Of a DNA stretch of 25,936 nt, positions 1 through 8,285 are shown in pieces. Position 1 is the first letter of the stretch, and each line of letters starts with the position of its first letter. Both the position numbers and the translations under genes were made by a program. Source of the DNA: a virus (taxonomy: Duplodnaviria > Heunggongvirae > Uroviricota > Caudoviricetes); the IMG/VR virus record IMGVR_UViG_2778261639_000014, positions 1-25,936 of that record. One strand, given 5' to 3'. The notes under the pieces were generated by a model. It did not search any database. It had not been told where the DNA came from and saw nothing but the letters and a program-made list of their open reading frames with translations.

Positions 1-30
1 CACTGCAAACAGATCCATAGCACAGCTCTT

Positions 31-936
31 TCACTGCTTAGCCTCTCCACCAAGGGCATTTACCAGAGCATCAACCAGGCACGAAATTTCACTGGTCAAC
101 AGGAAGAAATCTACGTCCAGTCGCTGCGCAACATCTTCACTATCAATATCAGAGTTCTGCTCAAGCAATTCATCCGCAAATTTGACGCTGGTAAGGCTGA
201 AGTTATGGTCCAGTGTAAATTTAATGCGGTTCTGCCAGTCGAGTGCCAACTTAGTGACGAGCTTGCCAGCTTCCAGGTGTGTGGAAATTTCATCGCTTCC
301 CAAATCCTGCTTTTTCACTCGGGCAATACCGCCACCCTCAAGCACTGCCTTAAGTTCTGCCGCATCCCCCATTTGAAATCCCTGTGGAGCACTACCATCA
401 CGTACCCAGTTGGTCAGCGTTAATTCAATGGGATTTTCAACACTCAGGGGAACAACAGGAAGAGAACCCAGAGACTTACGCATAAGCGCGAGCATATCCT
501 CTGCCTGCCGCGCGCTGGCATTGATATAGATACGTTTAGTTGAACCGTCGTAGATCGCCTGGATAACAGAAAACTTTGAAAAAGCCCGTGGCAGAAGAGA
601 ATGCAGAACTTCGTCTTTCAGGGAGTCCTTCTCTGTTTTCTTCAGTTTACGCGCTTGTTCTTGCTCAAGTTTTTCAATTTTTTCTTGAATAGCTCGCTGG
701 ATAACCGGCGGGTGAAGAATTTTTGTTTCGCGCTTTGCTTCAACAAGGATAAAACCATTTCCATGCATAGCGATAACTTCGGAATTATCACCAAATGGCG
801 ATACAAAACCGAACTTGGCCATATCCTGACTACCGCATGGCGTGAAAAGGATCATTTTCTTTTTATCTTCTAAGTCGGTCAGATCCGCCTCACGAGAAAG
901 TTTATAAATAGTAATGTTTTTCCAGTGCTTAAACAT
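31..936 (-). CDS. rdgC: RdgC-family recombination-associated protein (P1 hrdC-like)
   Basis: Track ORF 31..957 (TTG). Full-length similarity to RdgC as recalled from E. coli (blocks [52 protein letters not shown]). First ATG is at 936 ([16 protein letters not shown]). P1 carries an RdgC homolog (hrdC). Confidence 0.85.
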   Translation of the reverse strand: MFKHWKNITIYKLSREADLTDLEDKKKMILFTPCGSQDMAKFGFVSPFGDNSEVIAMHGNGFILVEAKRETKILHPPVIQRAIQEKIEKLEQEQARKLKKTEKDSLKDEVLHSLLPRAFSKFSVIQAIYDGSTKRIYINASARQAEDMLALMRKSLGSLPVVPLSVENPIELTLTNWVRDGSAPQGFQMGDAAELKAVLEGGGIARVKKQDLGSDEISTHLEAGKLVTKLALDWQNRIKFTLDHNFSLTSVKFADELLEQNSDIDSEDVAQRLDVDFFLLTSEISCLVDALVNALGGEAKQ

Positions 937-1213
937 GTTGTAACCCTTGAATATCAACCACAGAAAGCTCGTCTTTGTAGAAAAAGGCTAGGTTGTGGCA
1001 CCCCCTCGTTTGAGCGTATGAGCTGGGACCAATTTCGTTCTTCCAGACAAATGGCTTCAAATCCGTACGGCGAAGCATAAAAACGCGATTTGTTCCGCTC
1101 TGATTCCCAATGAGGCAAAAGCCTTCTTTCACCTTGATAGCCTGCAAGTTGTCGAGTTCACCGCTGGTTACACGGCTATCGAACTCTTTGCGGCTTATTA
1201 GCTCCATCTGCAT
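929..1213 (-). CDS. Hypothetical small protein co-transcribed upstream of rdgC (position of P1 cra)
   Basis: Track ORF 929..1285. Start placed at ATG 1213 (GGAG 9 nt upstream) because the track start abuts the operator at 1285-1301. Stop overlaps the rdgC start by 8 nt. No recognisable domain. Confidence 0.4.
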   Translation of the reverse strand: MQMELISRKEFDSRVTSGELDNLQAIKVKEGFCLIGNQSGTNRVFMLRRTDLKPFVWKNEIGPSSYAQTRGCHNLAFFYKDELSVVDIQGLQHV

Positions 1214-1284
1214 CTGACGACTCCAAACAAATGCCCATCGAAGGGCGATAGCTGAATGGTACCGAAAACACGACATAAAAAACA

Positions 1285-1301
1285 ATATTTATTAGAGCAA
1301 T
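1285..1301. promoter_or_regulatory. C1 repressor operator-like site
   Basis: ATATTTATTAGAGCAAT on the + strand is the reverse complement of the asymmetric P1 C1 operator consensus ATTGCTCTAATAAATTT with one mismatch. Lies in the divergent region between the rdgC operon and the + strand genes. Confidence 0.6.
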
Positions 1302-1381
1302 TATGCAATGGTTGACGCCATGTAGACCACAAGTAACCTAAGTTAAAATAAAGAAAACCAGAGCAAATTATTGGTGATGCC

Positions 1382-1666
1382 GTGGCAAGTATTGCAACAA
1401 AAGACAGCATTTGTTCGGGGCACGGAGGATTCCCATCCAGGCCTCCTGTAGAGAGTGAACCACTACTTAAAGTCAACGGAGTCGAAGTGTTAGTTGATGG
1501 TAAGCAATATGCACAGCATACCGATGGAAACAGTACGCACGGTGGGCAAGCTATATCAACCAGGGCATGGTTTACCGTCAATAGTAAAGGGATCGTATGC
1601 GTTGGTGACCCTGTTTCATGCGGATCTACCGTAGCGTCCGGAGACGGCCTGGTTCAGGTAAGTTAG
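1382..1666 (+). CDS. PAAR-like small protein (possible spike-tip protein)
   Basis: 94-aa ORF with GTG start. Repeated elements SGHGG, VNGVEV, THGG, VNSKGIVCVGDPVSCG resemble PAAR or gp5.4-type repeats. Stop is followed 8 nt later by the next gene with an AGGAG SD. Confidence 0.4.
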   Translation: MASIATKDSICSGHGGFPSRPPVESEPLLKVNGVEVLVDGKQYAQHTDGNSTHGGQAISTRAWFTVNSKGIVCVGDPVSCGSTVASGDGLVQVS

Positions 1667-1674
1667 GAGATATC

Positions 1675-2463
1675 ATGCTGGAAAAAGACTACCAGTTATC
1701 CGCATATAAAAAATTGGCCGCCGCCGGTGGGATGAAAACACCTGGTGCCATAACATCGGCACGAAACTGTGCTAACACAGCAAAACTGCTTGCAGAAGAA
1801 TTGACCGGATTAATTCTGGATACAATTGTCTATCCCGACACTATTACCTGCTATGTTTCAACGATAAGAACAACCACAACCGGCTTAACGAACATTGGAG
1901 AACTGGCAACTAAGCACGCGGACCTGTTGGCTGGTTATGCAGATCTGTCAATGCTGCTTCAACTCGATATTGGTTGGGATGTTTACTGCCGTGCTAATGA
2001 GCGAGAAGTTTCAGAACTGCCGATCTCTATTGCCATTGGTGATGTGAATATTACTAAATCGCTTGAGGACGCTGTTAACGCGCTTAATACATCAAGTTTA
2101 GTCGCTGCTATGGGGGAGATTAACCAGACCCTTAACACTGGCTCAGTAAGCTCGTCAGGCTCTGGTTCAGGCGGCGGCACTGCCACTCCCCCACCAACAC
2201 TAACAGAAGAGCAAATTGAATCTCTGAAAGTAGCAACTGAACAGTTTGGGGTTGTTTTCAACCAGACAACAGCGCCCACAACTGCGTTACAACAGCAGTA
2301 TGAACGAGCGAATGAAAGCGCCAACGTAGCCATAACTGCTTATGGACATGCTATCGGTACCGCGCTTGCGGAAGCATCAGCAAATAAGGCCAGCACAGCC
2401 AGCGCAGTTGCTGCTTTGGTTCCTGATTCTGTTCTTGATGAATTAAACAAAGCGGCACAGTAA
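1675..2463 (+). CDS. Hypothetical protein with low-complexity linker
   Basis: Track ORF 1618..2463; ATG 1675 is preceded by AGGAG. 262 aa with Ser/Gly/Thr/Pro-rich linker (SSSGSGSGGGTATPPPT) and Ala-rich C terminus. No catalytic motif recognised. Confidence 0.55.
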   Translation: MLEKDYQLSAYKKLAAAGGMKTPGAITSARNCANTAKLLAEELTGLILDTIVYPDTITCYVSTIRTTTTGLTNIGELATKHADLLAGYADLSMLLQLDIGWDVYCRANEREVSELPISIAIGDVNITKSLEDAVNALNTSSLVAAMGEINQTLNTGSVSSSGSGSGGGTATPPPTLTEEQIESLKVATEQFGVVFNQTTAPTTALQQQYERANESANVAITAYGHAIGTALAEASANKASTASAVAALVPDSVLDELNKAAQ

Positions 2464-2502
2464 CAAAGGACTTCATTGATAATTTTTCTTCAGGAGGAAG
2501 AC

Positions 2503-2919
2503 ATGTCATTCTTTTCTACGTTAAAAACAGCTTTGTCTTTGAAGGAGAAACTTGCTGCTACTGGTGTTCTTGTTCTGATTTGCGCACTTGTTGGTGCTGG
2601 GTTTGCATGGGAACGTCATCAGCTAAAGCAAGCCATAGAGAAAATTGGCAGTCTTGATCAGGCTGTTAAGGAACGTGATAAGTCAATAATGGATCTTAAC
2701 CAGACCATTGAGACGATGAACAAAGCAGAGCAACATTTTCACAGCCAGGAAGTGAAAAATGAATCAGAGCAAGCCAAGTATGCTGACAGGCAAATGGAAC
2801 GAAAAGCTGAAGTTCAGAAACAACTGGTTGCGGCGGGTAATGTTCGCCAGCGCATTCCTGCTGACACTCAGCGGTTGCTCCGGGAGTCGATCAGCGAATT
2901 TAACGCCGACAAAGGTTAA
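2503..2919 (+). CDS. i-spanin-like membrane protein (position of P1 ppfA)
   Basis: Track ORF 2476..2919; ATG 2503 preceded by AGGAGG. N-terminal transmembrane helix (LAATGVLVLICALVGAGFAW) followed by about 100 aa of charged coiled-coil-like sequence. Confidence 0.5.
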   Translation: MSFFSTLKTALSLKEKLAATGVLVLICALVGAGFAWERHQLKQAIEKIGSLDQAVKERDKSIMDLNQTIETMNKAEQHFHSQEVKNESEQAKYADRQMERKAEVQKQLVAAGNVRQRIPADTQRLLRESISEFNADKG

Positions 2920-3085
2920 CCACCCTGCCCCCAAAAGTGCATTTATGTGCAGGATGCCGGAGTTTAGCAGTGAATATTTTGATGATCTGCCAGCGTATAT
3001 CCTCGATACAGAAACGATGCTGATGGGGATTAACAGGAAGAATCGCAATGTTAATGATTACAACCGCGCTATCAGCGGTAACTAA
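2759..3085 (+). CDS. Lipoprotein overlapping the preceding gene, o-spanin-like (position of P1 mlp)
   Basis: ORF in another frame overlapping the last ~160 nt of the upstream gene. Lipobox L-S-G-C after a hydrophobic stretch (FASAFLLTLSGC). Start uncertain: 2759 has an AGGAAG SD, internal ATGs at 2780 and 2840. Confidence 0.5.
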   Translation: MNQSKPSMLTGKWNEKLKFRNNWLRRVMFASAFLLTLSGCSGSRSANLTPTKVNHPAPKSAFMCRMPEFSSEYFDDLPAYILDTETMLMGINRKNRNVNDYNRAISGN

Positions 3086-3096
3086 AAGGGATTTTT

Positions 3097-3489
3097 ATGT
3101 CTGATAAAGTAACAGTTAAGCAAACTATCAACAAAGCGACTTCAATCTACAAAATTGAGCACATCACTGTTGGCAAGCCAGGATCTGAACAATACCGTCA
3201 TGCTTTCGAGCTTGCCGCTCAGCTTGGTTTAAAACACCCGGATTGCATTGAGCATGTATTTCCGACCTATGCTGATGAGCAATGTACTCATGTTCTTACC
3301 GAAGAGGATTTTTTCAGCACTGAAGAACGAGAAGGCGTTGATCGCTGCATTGGTGTGATTTGCTCTTCAGTGAGTTATGAGTTATTCCCTAATGTCCATG
3401 AAAATGGTGGTATTGGATACCAATTCCTGTACGAAGGCGATGAGCTTAAATGTTATGAACATGGTCTTCTTATCGAAAGCGTAGAATAA
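3097..3489 (+). CDS. Hypothetical protein (position of P1 upfA)
   Basis: 130-aa ORF with AAGGGA SD. Acidic, Cys/His-containing, no recognised domain. Lies immediately upstream of the plasmid origin. Confidence 0.55.
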   Translation: MSDKVTVKQTINKATSIYKIEHITVGKPGSEQYRHAFELAAQLGLKHPDCIEHVFPTYADEQCTHVLTEEDFFSTEEREGVDRCIGVICSSVSYELFPNVHENGGIGYQFLYEGDELKCYEHGLLIESVE

Positions 3490-3502
3490 TACCCTTCCTT
3501 CC

Positions 3503-3528
3503 AACCGGCTATGTTGGCCGGTTTATTC
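3503..3528 (+). terminator. Intrinsic terminator-like hairpin
   Basis: Inverted repeat AACCGGC / GCCGGTT with 7-nt loop followed by TTTATT, starting 14 nt after the upstream stop codon. Confidence 0.45.
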
Positions 3529-3529
3529 A

Positions 3530-3760
3530 ACTTATCCACAGCATAGATCCAATAAACAGATCCCAAAGAGAACCTAGGAAGATCCAAAGAAGATCCCGGA
3601 TCGCTGTAAGCCGCGCCGTTCATGGCCTGAAACGGGATCAACATTGACTATACGCGATTTTATGTTGACTGTGTGCGATTTTATGTTGACTGCACGCGAT
3701 TTATTGTTGACTATACGCGACAGAAACGTTGACTGTACGCGATTTTAGAGCCTGAATATT
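3530..3760. other. Plasmid replication origin (P1 oriR-like)
   Basis: DnaA box TTATCCACA (3532-3540), five GATC sites in AGATCC heptamer-like repeats (3546-3602), then five direct iterons. Same layout as P1 oriR. Confidence 0.8.
3644..3747 (+). repeat. incC-like iteron array (5 direct repeats)
   Basis: Five copies of TTGACT-N4-GCGAT(TT) starting at 3644, 3665, 3686, 3707 and 3729 (21-22 bp period), immediately upstream of repA. Confidence 0.85.
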
Positions 3761-3823
3761 CACAGCTGTTGATAACAGTCATCTAAATTAACGCCAGGCC
3801 GCGCCACACATGGAGAAACCACG

Positions 3824-4708
3824 ATGCCGGAAGAAAGTAAAGGCTTCCTTAGCGTTGAAGAAGTTGCAGGAAATACAGGAGAAATCCACAGCCTGAAGCC
3901 CAATAACAACAGCACTATACAACCTATCGCTTTGTTGCGCTTAGGTGTGTTTGTGCCAACCTTAAAATCTACCAATGTGGCACTACGTCGCGGATCGTCA
4001 GTTACTACAAACACAACGAACGCAACCGAAGAACTATCAAGCCTTAAAATTGTTGAGCAGGAAGGCTATGAGGGAATTGAAATTCATGGCCCACGCCTGG
4101 ATATGGATACTGATTTTAAGGTGTGGGTGGGCATAACCTCCGCGTTGTTTGACTACGCACCTGATGATGACGGCATAATCACCCTGCCATTCTCCGAGTT
4201 TGCCGATCGATGCGGCTATCCACGTAAGCGCCTTTCAAAGGCGTTCCGTAAAAGTATTGATGACTCTCTGACACGCATTCAGCAGACAGTTGTCAAATTC
4301 CGCTTCCCGGCGGCAAAAGGTCATCTCAATAACATTAACGTCAACTTGTTGGCATATAGCAGCCTGAATACCGAGCTTGATGTTATCGAGATCCAGCCGC
4401 AGAAACAGCTATCTGAACTTTACTATGTTGACTATAAGCGAATCCTGAAGCTGAAGATGCTGGATAAGCTCGGGCGCAAAGAGACGGCCAAGGTGCTGTA
4501 TACATTCTTTGAGGCTCTACCCGCCAACCCGGCACCTGTCAGCATTGAGCGCCTTAGAGCAAGGCTTAATCTCAAATCATCCGTTAGCGTGCAAAATAGC
4601 GTTATCAGAAAAGCCATGAAAGATTTGGAAGCTATTGAATATCTTAAATTTTCAGAGATAAAAAACGGCAGGAAAATCGGCTTCCAGATTCATAAGCGCA
4701 ATCCATAA
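3824..4708 (+). CDS. repA: Iteron-binding replication initiator RepA (diverged P1 type)
   Basis: 294-aa ORF with GGAGAAA SD. Homologous to P1 RepA as recalled (VQP.AL.RLGVFVP, GPRLDMDTDFK.W.G, YTF.E.LP.NP.P.S, C-terminal HSRNP-like) but only about half the positions conserved. Flanked by iteron arrays. Confidence 0.85.
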   Translation: MPEESKGFLSVEEVAGNTGEIHSLKPNNNSTIQPIALLRLGVFVPTLKSTNVALRRGSSVTTNTTNATEELSSLKIVEQEGYEGIEIHGPRLDMDTDFKVWVGITSALFDYAPDDDGIITLPFSEFADRCGYPRKRLSKAFRKSIDDSLTRIQQTVVKFRFPAAKGHLNNINVNLLAYSSLNTELDVIEIQPQKQLSELYYVDYKRILKLKMLDKLGRKETAKVLYTFFEALPANPAPVSIERLRARLNLKSSVSVQNSVIRKAMKDLEAIEYLKFSEIKNGRKIGFQIHKRNP

Positions 4709-4710
4709 TA

Positions 4711-4965
4711 TTGACTATATGCGATAGCGAGAAGTTGACTATAGGCGACATTCGTTGACGCTGGTGGATTTTTGCTGGCGTCAATATTCTGCAAGTCGCT
4801 ATTGAGATGGCTTTTAGGGTCATTTCATCGCGTATAGTCAACGTTTCTCCCGACAATATCTTACATAGTCGATCTTTGGTGGAGTTAAATCGACTACAGT
4901 CAACTTTTGACTGTAGTCACATCGCGCATAGTCAACTATTCACATTAACCTTCGCGCATAGTCAA
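4711..4965. repeat. incA-like copy-control iteron array
   Basis: At least eight copies of the 14-bp iteron core (TTGACTATATGCGA, TTGACTATAGGCGA, TCGCGTATAGTCAA, TCGACTACAGTCAA, TTGACTGTAGTCAC, TCGCGCATAGTCAA x2) in both orientations downstream of repA. Confidence 0.8.
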
Positions 4966-5000
4966 CATTTGCGCGGTTCTCATCAAGCAGTGGTATTGAT

Positions 5001-5810
5001 ATGCAAGAAGAGAAACAACACTACCTCTACGTTCTGGTGCCGGAGAACGGAGATACTTTTAAAATCGGTATTTCATGTGGTCCATTGGCACGGTTTAAAG
5101 GGCTACAAGTGAGTCCCGATTTTGCGCTTTCACGGGTCTATCGTGGTACGCGTTTGGCAATGGTTAATCTTGAGCGGGCTTTACACGCAACCTTTTTCCC
5201 CTGGAATGCGCCGTGGGAGAAAAGCGCCGGTGGCGGGCATACTGAATGGTTTACACGAGAGTGTCTTGATAAGGTTTTGGCTCATATCGAATATCTAAAT
5301 GATATGTGGGGAGGGATTCTCGAGCGCATTAAGTCGAATGATTTACTTCAGCGTCCAGTAGATGCTGCTCGCTCTTTCGAAAAAGAGTTGGATGTTACTT
5401 CTATCGTGACTTTCAAAGATGACGCAGGAATGAGGGACGTGGCTTATGTCTCCATATCTGGCTATGAACCGGACGCGATCCGCGCTCAATGTGAATTGCT
5501 GAAAGCAGTGTTTATGCTTCGGACTAAATATCCCTGGGAGACAGGGCGGGTGTGCTTCCCTATGGAAGAGTTAACCGCCACCATTGATTCCCAGCTTTAC
5601 CACGATAATCCAGAGAAGTTTTTTAGCCTTTTAGCCGGTAATGGGCTTAACTGTGTGTCCGGGCTGGGGCGAAGTAGAATCCAACATGCCTCGCTCTTCG
5701 GTCCCTTCTTTTACGATCGACACGGGTACTTTGAGACTGAACTTCCGGCGCTTACGCGTGCTATAGATACTATCGATTTCGAACGATTATTCGCTGCTCT
5801 TAGCAAATAA
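5001..5810 (+). CDS. GIY-YIG-like (T5orf172/MUG113-type) domain protein
   Basis: 269 aa. N-terminal pattern YLYVLVPENGDTFKIGIS...R...GGGHTEWF fits the GIY-YIG-like T5orf172 fold. C-terminal ~170 aa unassigned. Has its own terminator. Confidence 0.6.
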   Translation: MQEEKQHYLYVLVPENGDTFKIGISCGPLARFKGLQVSPDFALSRVYRGTRLAMVNLERALHATFFPWNAPWEKSAGGGHTEWFTRECLDKVLAHIEYLNDMWGGILERIKSNDLLQRPVDAARSFEKELDVTSIVTFKDDAGMRDVAYVSISGYEPDAIRAQCELLKAVFMLRTKYPWETGRVCFPMEELTATIDSQLYHDNPEKFFSLLAGNGLNCVSGLGRSRIQHASLFGPFFYDRHGYFETELPALTRAIDTIDFERLFAALSK

Positions 5811-5817
5811 CACTGAT

Positions 5818-5838
5818 GCCCCTGAACGGGGCTTTTTT
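5818..5838 (+). terminator. Rho-independent terminator
   Basis: GCCCC-TGAAC-GGGGC hairpin followed by TTTTTT, 8 nt after the stop of the 5001..5810 gene. Confidence 0.7.
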
Positions 5839-5884
5839 GTGTCCTCCTTGTAACTCTCAATCGTGCAAAATGAACCAAACATGC

Positions 5885-5935
5885 AGAGAATGCTATGTAC
5901 AAGCATCTGTGCATACATTATTATTTTATGCAGCA
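5885..5935 (+). promoter_or_regulatory. par promoter/operator region
   Basis: AT-rich region 40-90 bp upstream of parA with two inverted repeats: ATGCT-N7-AGCAT (~5890-5906) and TGCATA-N11-TATGCA (~5910-5932). Consistent with an autoregulated par operator. Confidence 0.5.
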
Positions 5936-5978
5936 TTTTTAAGTAAATTCAAAAATACAGCATAAAGGATGACTTTCG

Positions 5979-7175
5979 ATGAGTGATTCCAGCCAGCTTC
6001 ACAAGGTTGCTCAAAGAGCAAACAGAATGCTCAATGTTCTGACTGAACAAGTACAGTTGCAAAAGGATGAGCTACACGCGAACGAGTTTTACCAGGTCTA
6101 TGCGAAAGCGGCACTGGCAAAATTGCCTCTACTGACTCGAGCGAACGTTGACTATGCCGTAAGTGAAATGGAAGAAAAGGGTTATGTTTTCGATAAACGC
6201 CCTGCTGGCTCTTCAATGAAATATGCGATGTCAATTCAGAACATCATTGACATATATGAACATCGCGGAGTGCCAAAATACCGGGATCGCTACAGCGAAG
6301 CGTATGTGATTTTCATCTCCAATCTTAAAGGCGGTGTGTCAAAAACTGTATCGACGGTTTCTCTGGCGCATGCAATGCGTGCCCACCCTCATCTTCTGAT
6401 GGAAGATTTAAGAATTCTGGTTATTGACCTTGATCCGCAATCTTCAGCAACGATGTTTTTAAGCCATAAACACTCTATTGGTATCGTAAACGCAACATCT
6501 GCACAGGCTATGTTGCAGAATGTAAGCCGTGAAGAGCTGTTAGAGGAGTTTATTGTTCCTTCTGTTGTACCTGGGGTTGACGTTATGCCTGCGTCGATTG
6601 ACGATGCCTTTATTGCATCCGATTGGAGAGAGCTGTGCAATGAGCATCTACCGGGTCAGAACATCCATGCTGTCCTGAAAGAAAATGTGATTGATAAGCT
6701 GAAGAGCGATTATGACTTTATCCTCGTTGATAGTGGTCCTCACCTTGACGCCTTCCTGAAAAATGCTTTGGCCTCGGCCAATATACTGTTTACACCTCTG
6801 CCGCCAGCAACTGTCGATTTCCACTCATCGCTTAAATACGTTGCCCGCCTTCCTGAGTTGGTAAAACTCATTTCGGATGAAGGCTGCGAGTGCCAGCTTG
6901 CGACTAACATTGGTTTTATGTCCAAGTTGAGTAACAAGGCAGATCATAAGTATTGCCATAGCCTGGCTAAAGAAGTGTTCGGTGGAGATATGCTCGATGT
7001 CGTCCTCCCTCGCCTTGACGGTTTTGAACGTTGCGGCGAGTCTTTTGACACTGTTATTTCAGCTAACCCGGCAACGTATGTTGGTAGTGCTGATGCATTG
7101 AAGAACGCGCGAATTGCCGCGGAAGATTTTGCTAAAGCAGTTTTTGACCGTATTGAATTTATCAGATCTAACTGA
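5979..7175 (+). CDS. parA: Partition ATPase ParA (type Ia, P1 type)
   Basis: 398 aa. Deviant Walker A KGGVSKT and ~100-aa N-terminal extension typical of P1 ParA / F SopA. Length and sequence match P1 ParA as recalled. Confidence 0.95.
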   Translation: MSDSSQLHKVAQRANRMLNVLTEQVQLQKDELHANEFYQVYAKAALAKLPLLTRANVDYAVSEMEEKGYVFDKRPAGSSMKYAMSIQNIIDIYEHRGVPKYRDRYSEAYVIFISNLKGGVSKTVSTVSLAHAMRAHPHLLMEDLRILVIDLDPQSSATMFLSHKHSIGIVNATSAQAMLQNVSREELLEEFIVPSVVPGVDVMPASIDDAFIASDWRELCNEHLPGQNIHAVLKENVIDKLKSDYDFILVDSGPHLDAFLKNALASANILFTPLPPATVDFHSSLKYVARLPELVKLISDEGCECQLATNIGFMSKLSNKADHKYCHSLAKEVFGGDMLDVVLPRLDGFERCGESFDTVISANPATYVGSADALKNARIAAEDFAKAVFDRIEFIRSN

Positions 7176-7191
7176 GGAGTAAGAAACCCCC

Positions 7192-8193
7192 ATGTCAAAG
7201 AAAAACAGACCAACAATTGGGCGAACCCTTAATCCTTCAATATTAAGCGGATTTGATAGTTCTTCAGCCTCTGGCGATCGAGTCGAGCAGGTATTCAAGT
7301 TATCAACTGGTCGCCAGGCCACATTTATTGAAGAGGTAATACCTCCGAACCAGGTAGAAAGCGATACCTTTGTTGATCAGCATAACAACGGGCGTGACCA
7401 GGCATCTCTTACGCCAAAATCATTAAAAAGTATCCGAAGCACTATTAAGCATCAGCAATTTTACCCTGCAATAGGTGTTAGACGGGCTACAGGGAAAATT
7501 GAAATTTTGGATGGTTCCCGGCGTCGAGCTTCTGCCATCTTAGAGAACGTAGGGTTGCGGGTTTTAGTCACGGACCAGGAGATCAGCGTTCAGGAAGCGC
7601 AAAATTTAGCGAAAGACGTTCAGACAGCATTGCAGCACAGCATTCGAGAAATAGGTCTGCGTTTGATGCGAATGAAAAATGATGGGATGAGTCAGAAGGA
7701 TATTGCAGCCAAAGAAGGGCTGTCTCAGGCGAAGGTCACGCGTGCTCTCCAGGCAGCGAGTGCTCCGGAAGAATTAGTCGCCCTTTTCCCTGTGCAGTCG
7801 GAATTAACCTTTTCGGACTACAAAACGCTTTGTGCTGTTGGCGACGAAATGGGGAACAAGAATTTAGAGTTTGATCAGCTTATTCAAAACATATCCCCGG
7901 AAATAAACGACATCTTATCCATTGAAGAAATGGCCGAAGATGAAGTTAAAAATAAAATCCTGCGCTTGATAACAAAGGAAGCCTCACTACTCACGGATAA
8001 AGGTTCTAAAGATAAGTCCGTAGTTACTGAATTATGGAAATTTGAGGACAAGGATCGCTTTGCAAGGAAGCGCGTGAAAGGCCGGGCATTTTCTTATGAG
8101 TTTAATCGACTTTCAAAAGAGCTACAGGAAGAACTCGACAGGATGATTGGGCATATCCTTAGAAAGAGCCTCGATAAAAAGCCGAAGCCTTAA
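7192..8193 (+). CDS. parB: Centromere-binding protein ParB (P1 type)
   Basis: 333 aa with GAGGAG SD. N terminus MSKKNRPTIGRTLNPS and length match P1 ParB as recalled. Directly followed by parS. Confidence 0.95.
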   Translation: MSKKNRPTIGRTLNPSILSGFDSSSASGDRVEQVFKLSTGRQATFIEEVIPPNQVESDTFVDQHNNGRDQASLTPKSLKSIRSTIKHQQFYPAIGVRRATGKIEILDGSRRRASAILENVGLRVLVTDQEISVQEAQNLAKDVQTALQHSIREIGLRLMRMKNDGMSQKDIAAKEGLSQAKVTRALQAASAPEELVALFPVQSELTFSDYKTLCAVGDEMGNKNLEFDQLIQNISPEINDILSIEEMAEDEVKNKILRLITKEASLLTDKGSKDKSVVTELWKFEDKDRFARKRVKGRAFSYEFNRLSKELQEELDRMIGHILRKSLDKKPKP

Positions 8194-8197
8194 ACTT

Positions 8198-8285
8198 TCG
8201 CCATTCAAATTTCACTATTAACATACTGTTTTTAAAGTAAATCCATCTAAAATTTCAAGGTGAAATCGCCACGATTTCACCTTGG
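8198..8285. other. parS: Partition site parS (P1 type)
   Basis: Box B TCGCCA (8198-8203), box A ATTTCAC (8209-8215), AT-rich ~45 bp spacer (IHF-bend-like), inverted box A GTGAAAT (8260-8266), box B TCGCCA (8266-8271), box A ATTTCAC (8274-8280). Confidence 0.85.

Noticed and set aside
4759-4766. Chi site GCTGGTGG inside incA, with reverse-orientation copies near 19887, 22543, 22703 and 23921
   Set aside because: P1-family genomes are known to be Chi-rich and an 8-mer can occur by chance. Noted, but I attach no specific function to these copies.
3644-4965. Possible CRISPR array, given the regularly spaced direct repeats
   Set aside because: The repeats are 14-19 bp with a 21-22 bp period and no unique spacers of CRISPR size. 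They flank a rep gene in both orientations and sit beside a DnaA box, so they are plasmid iterons.
6031-7322. Minus-strand ORFs of 65-90 aa within parA and parB
   Set aside because: They are antisense to genes whose products I recognise along their full length, and have no independent signals.
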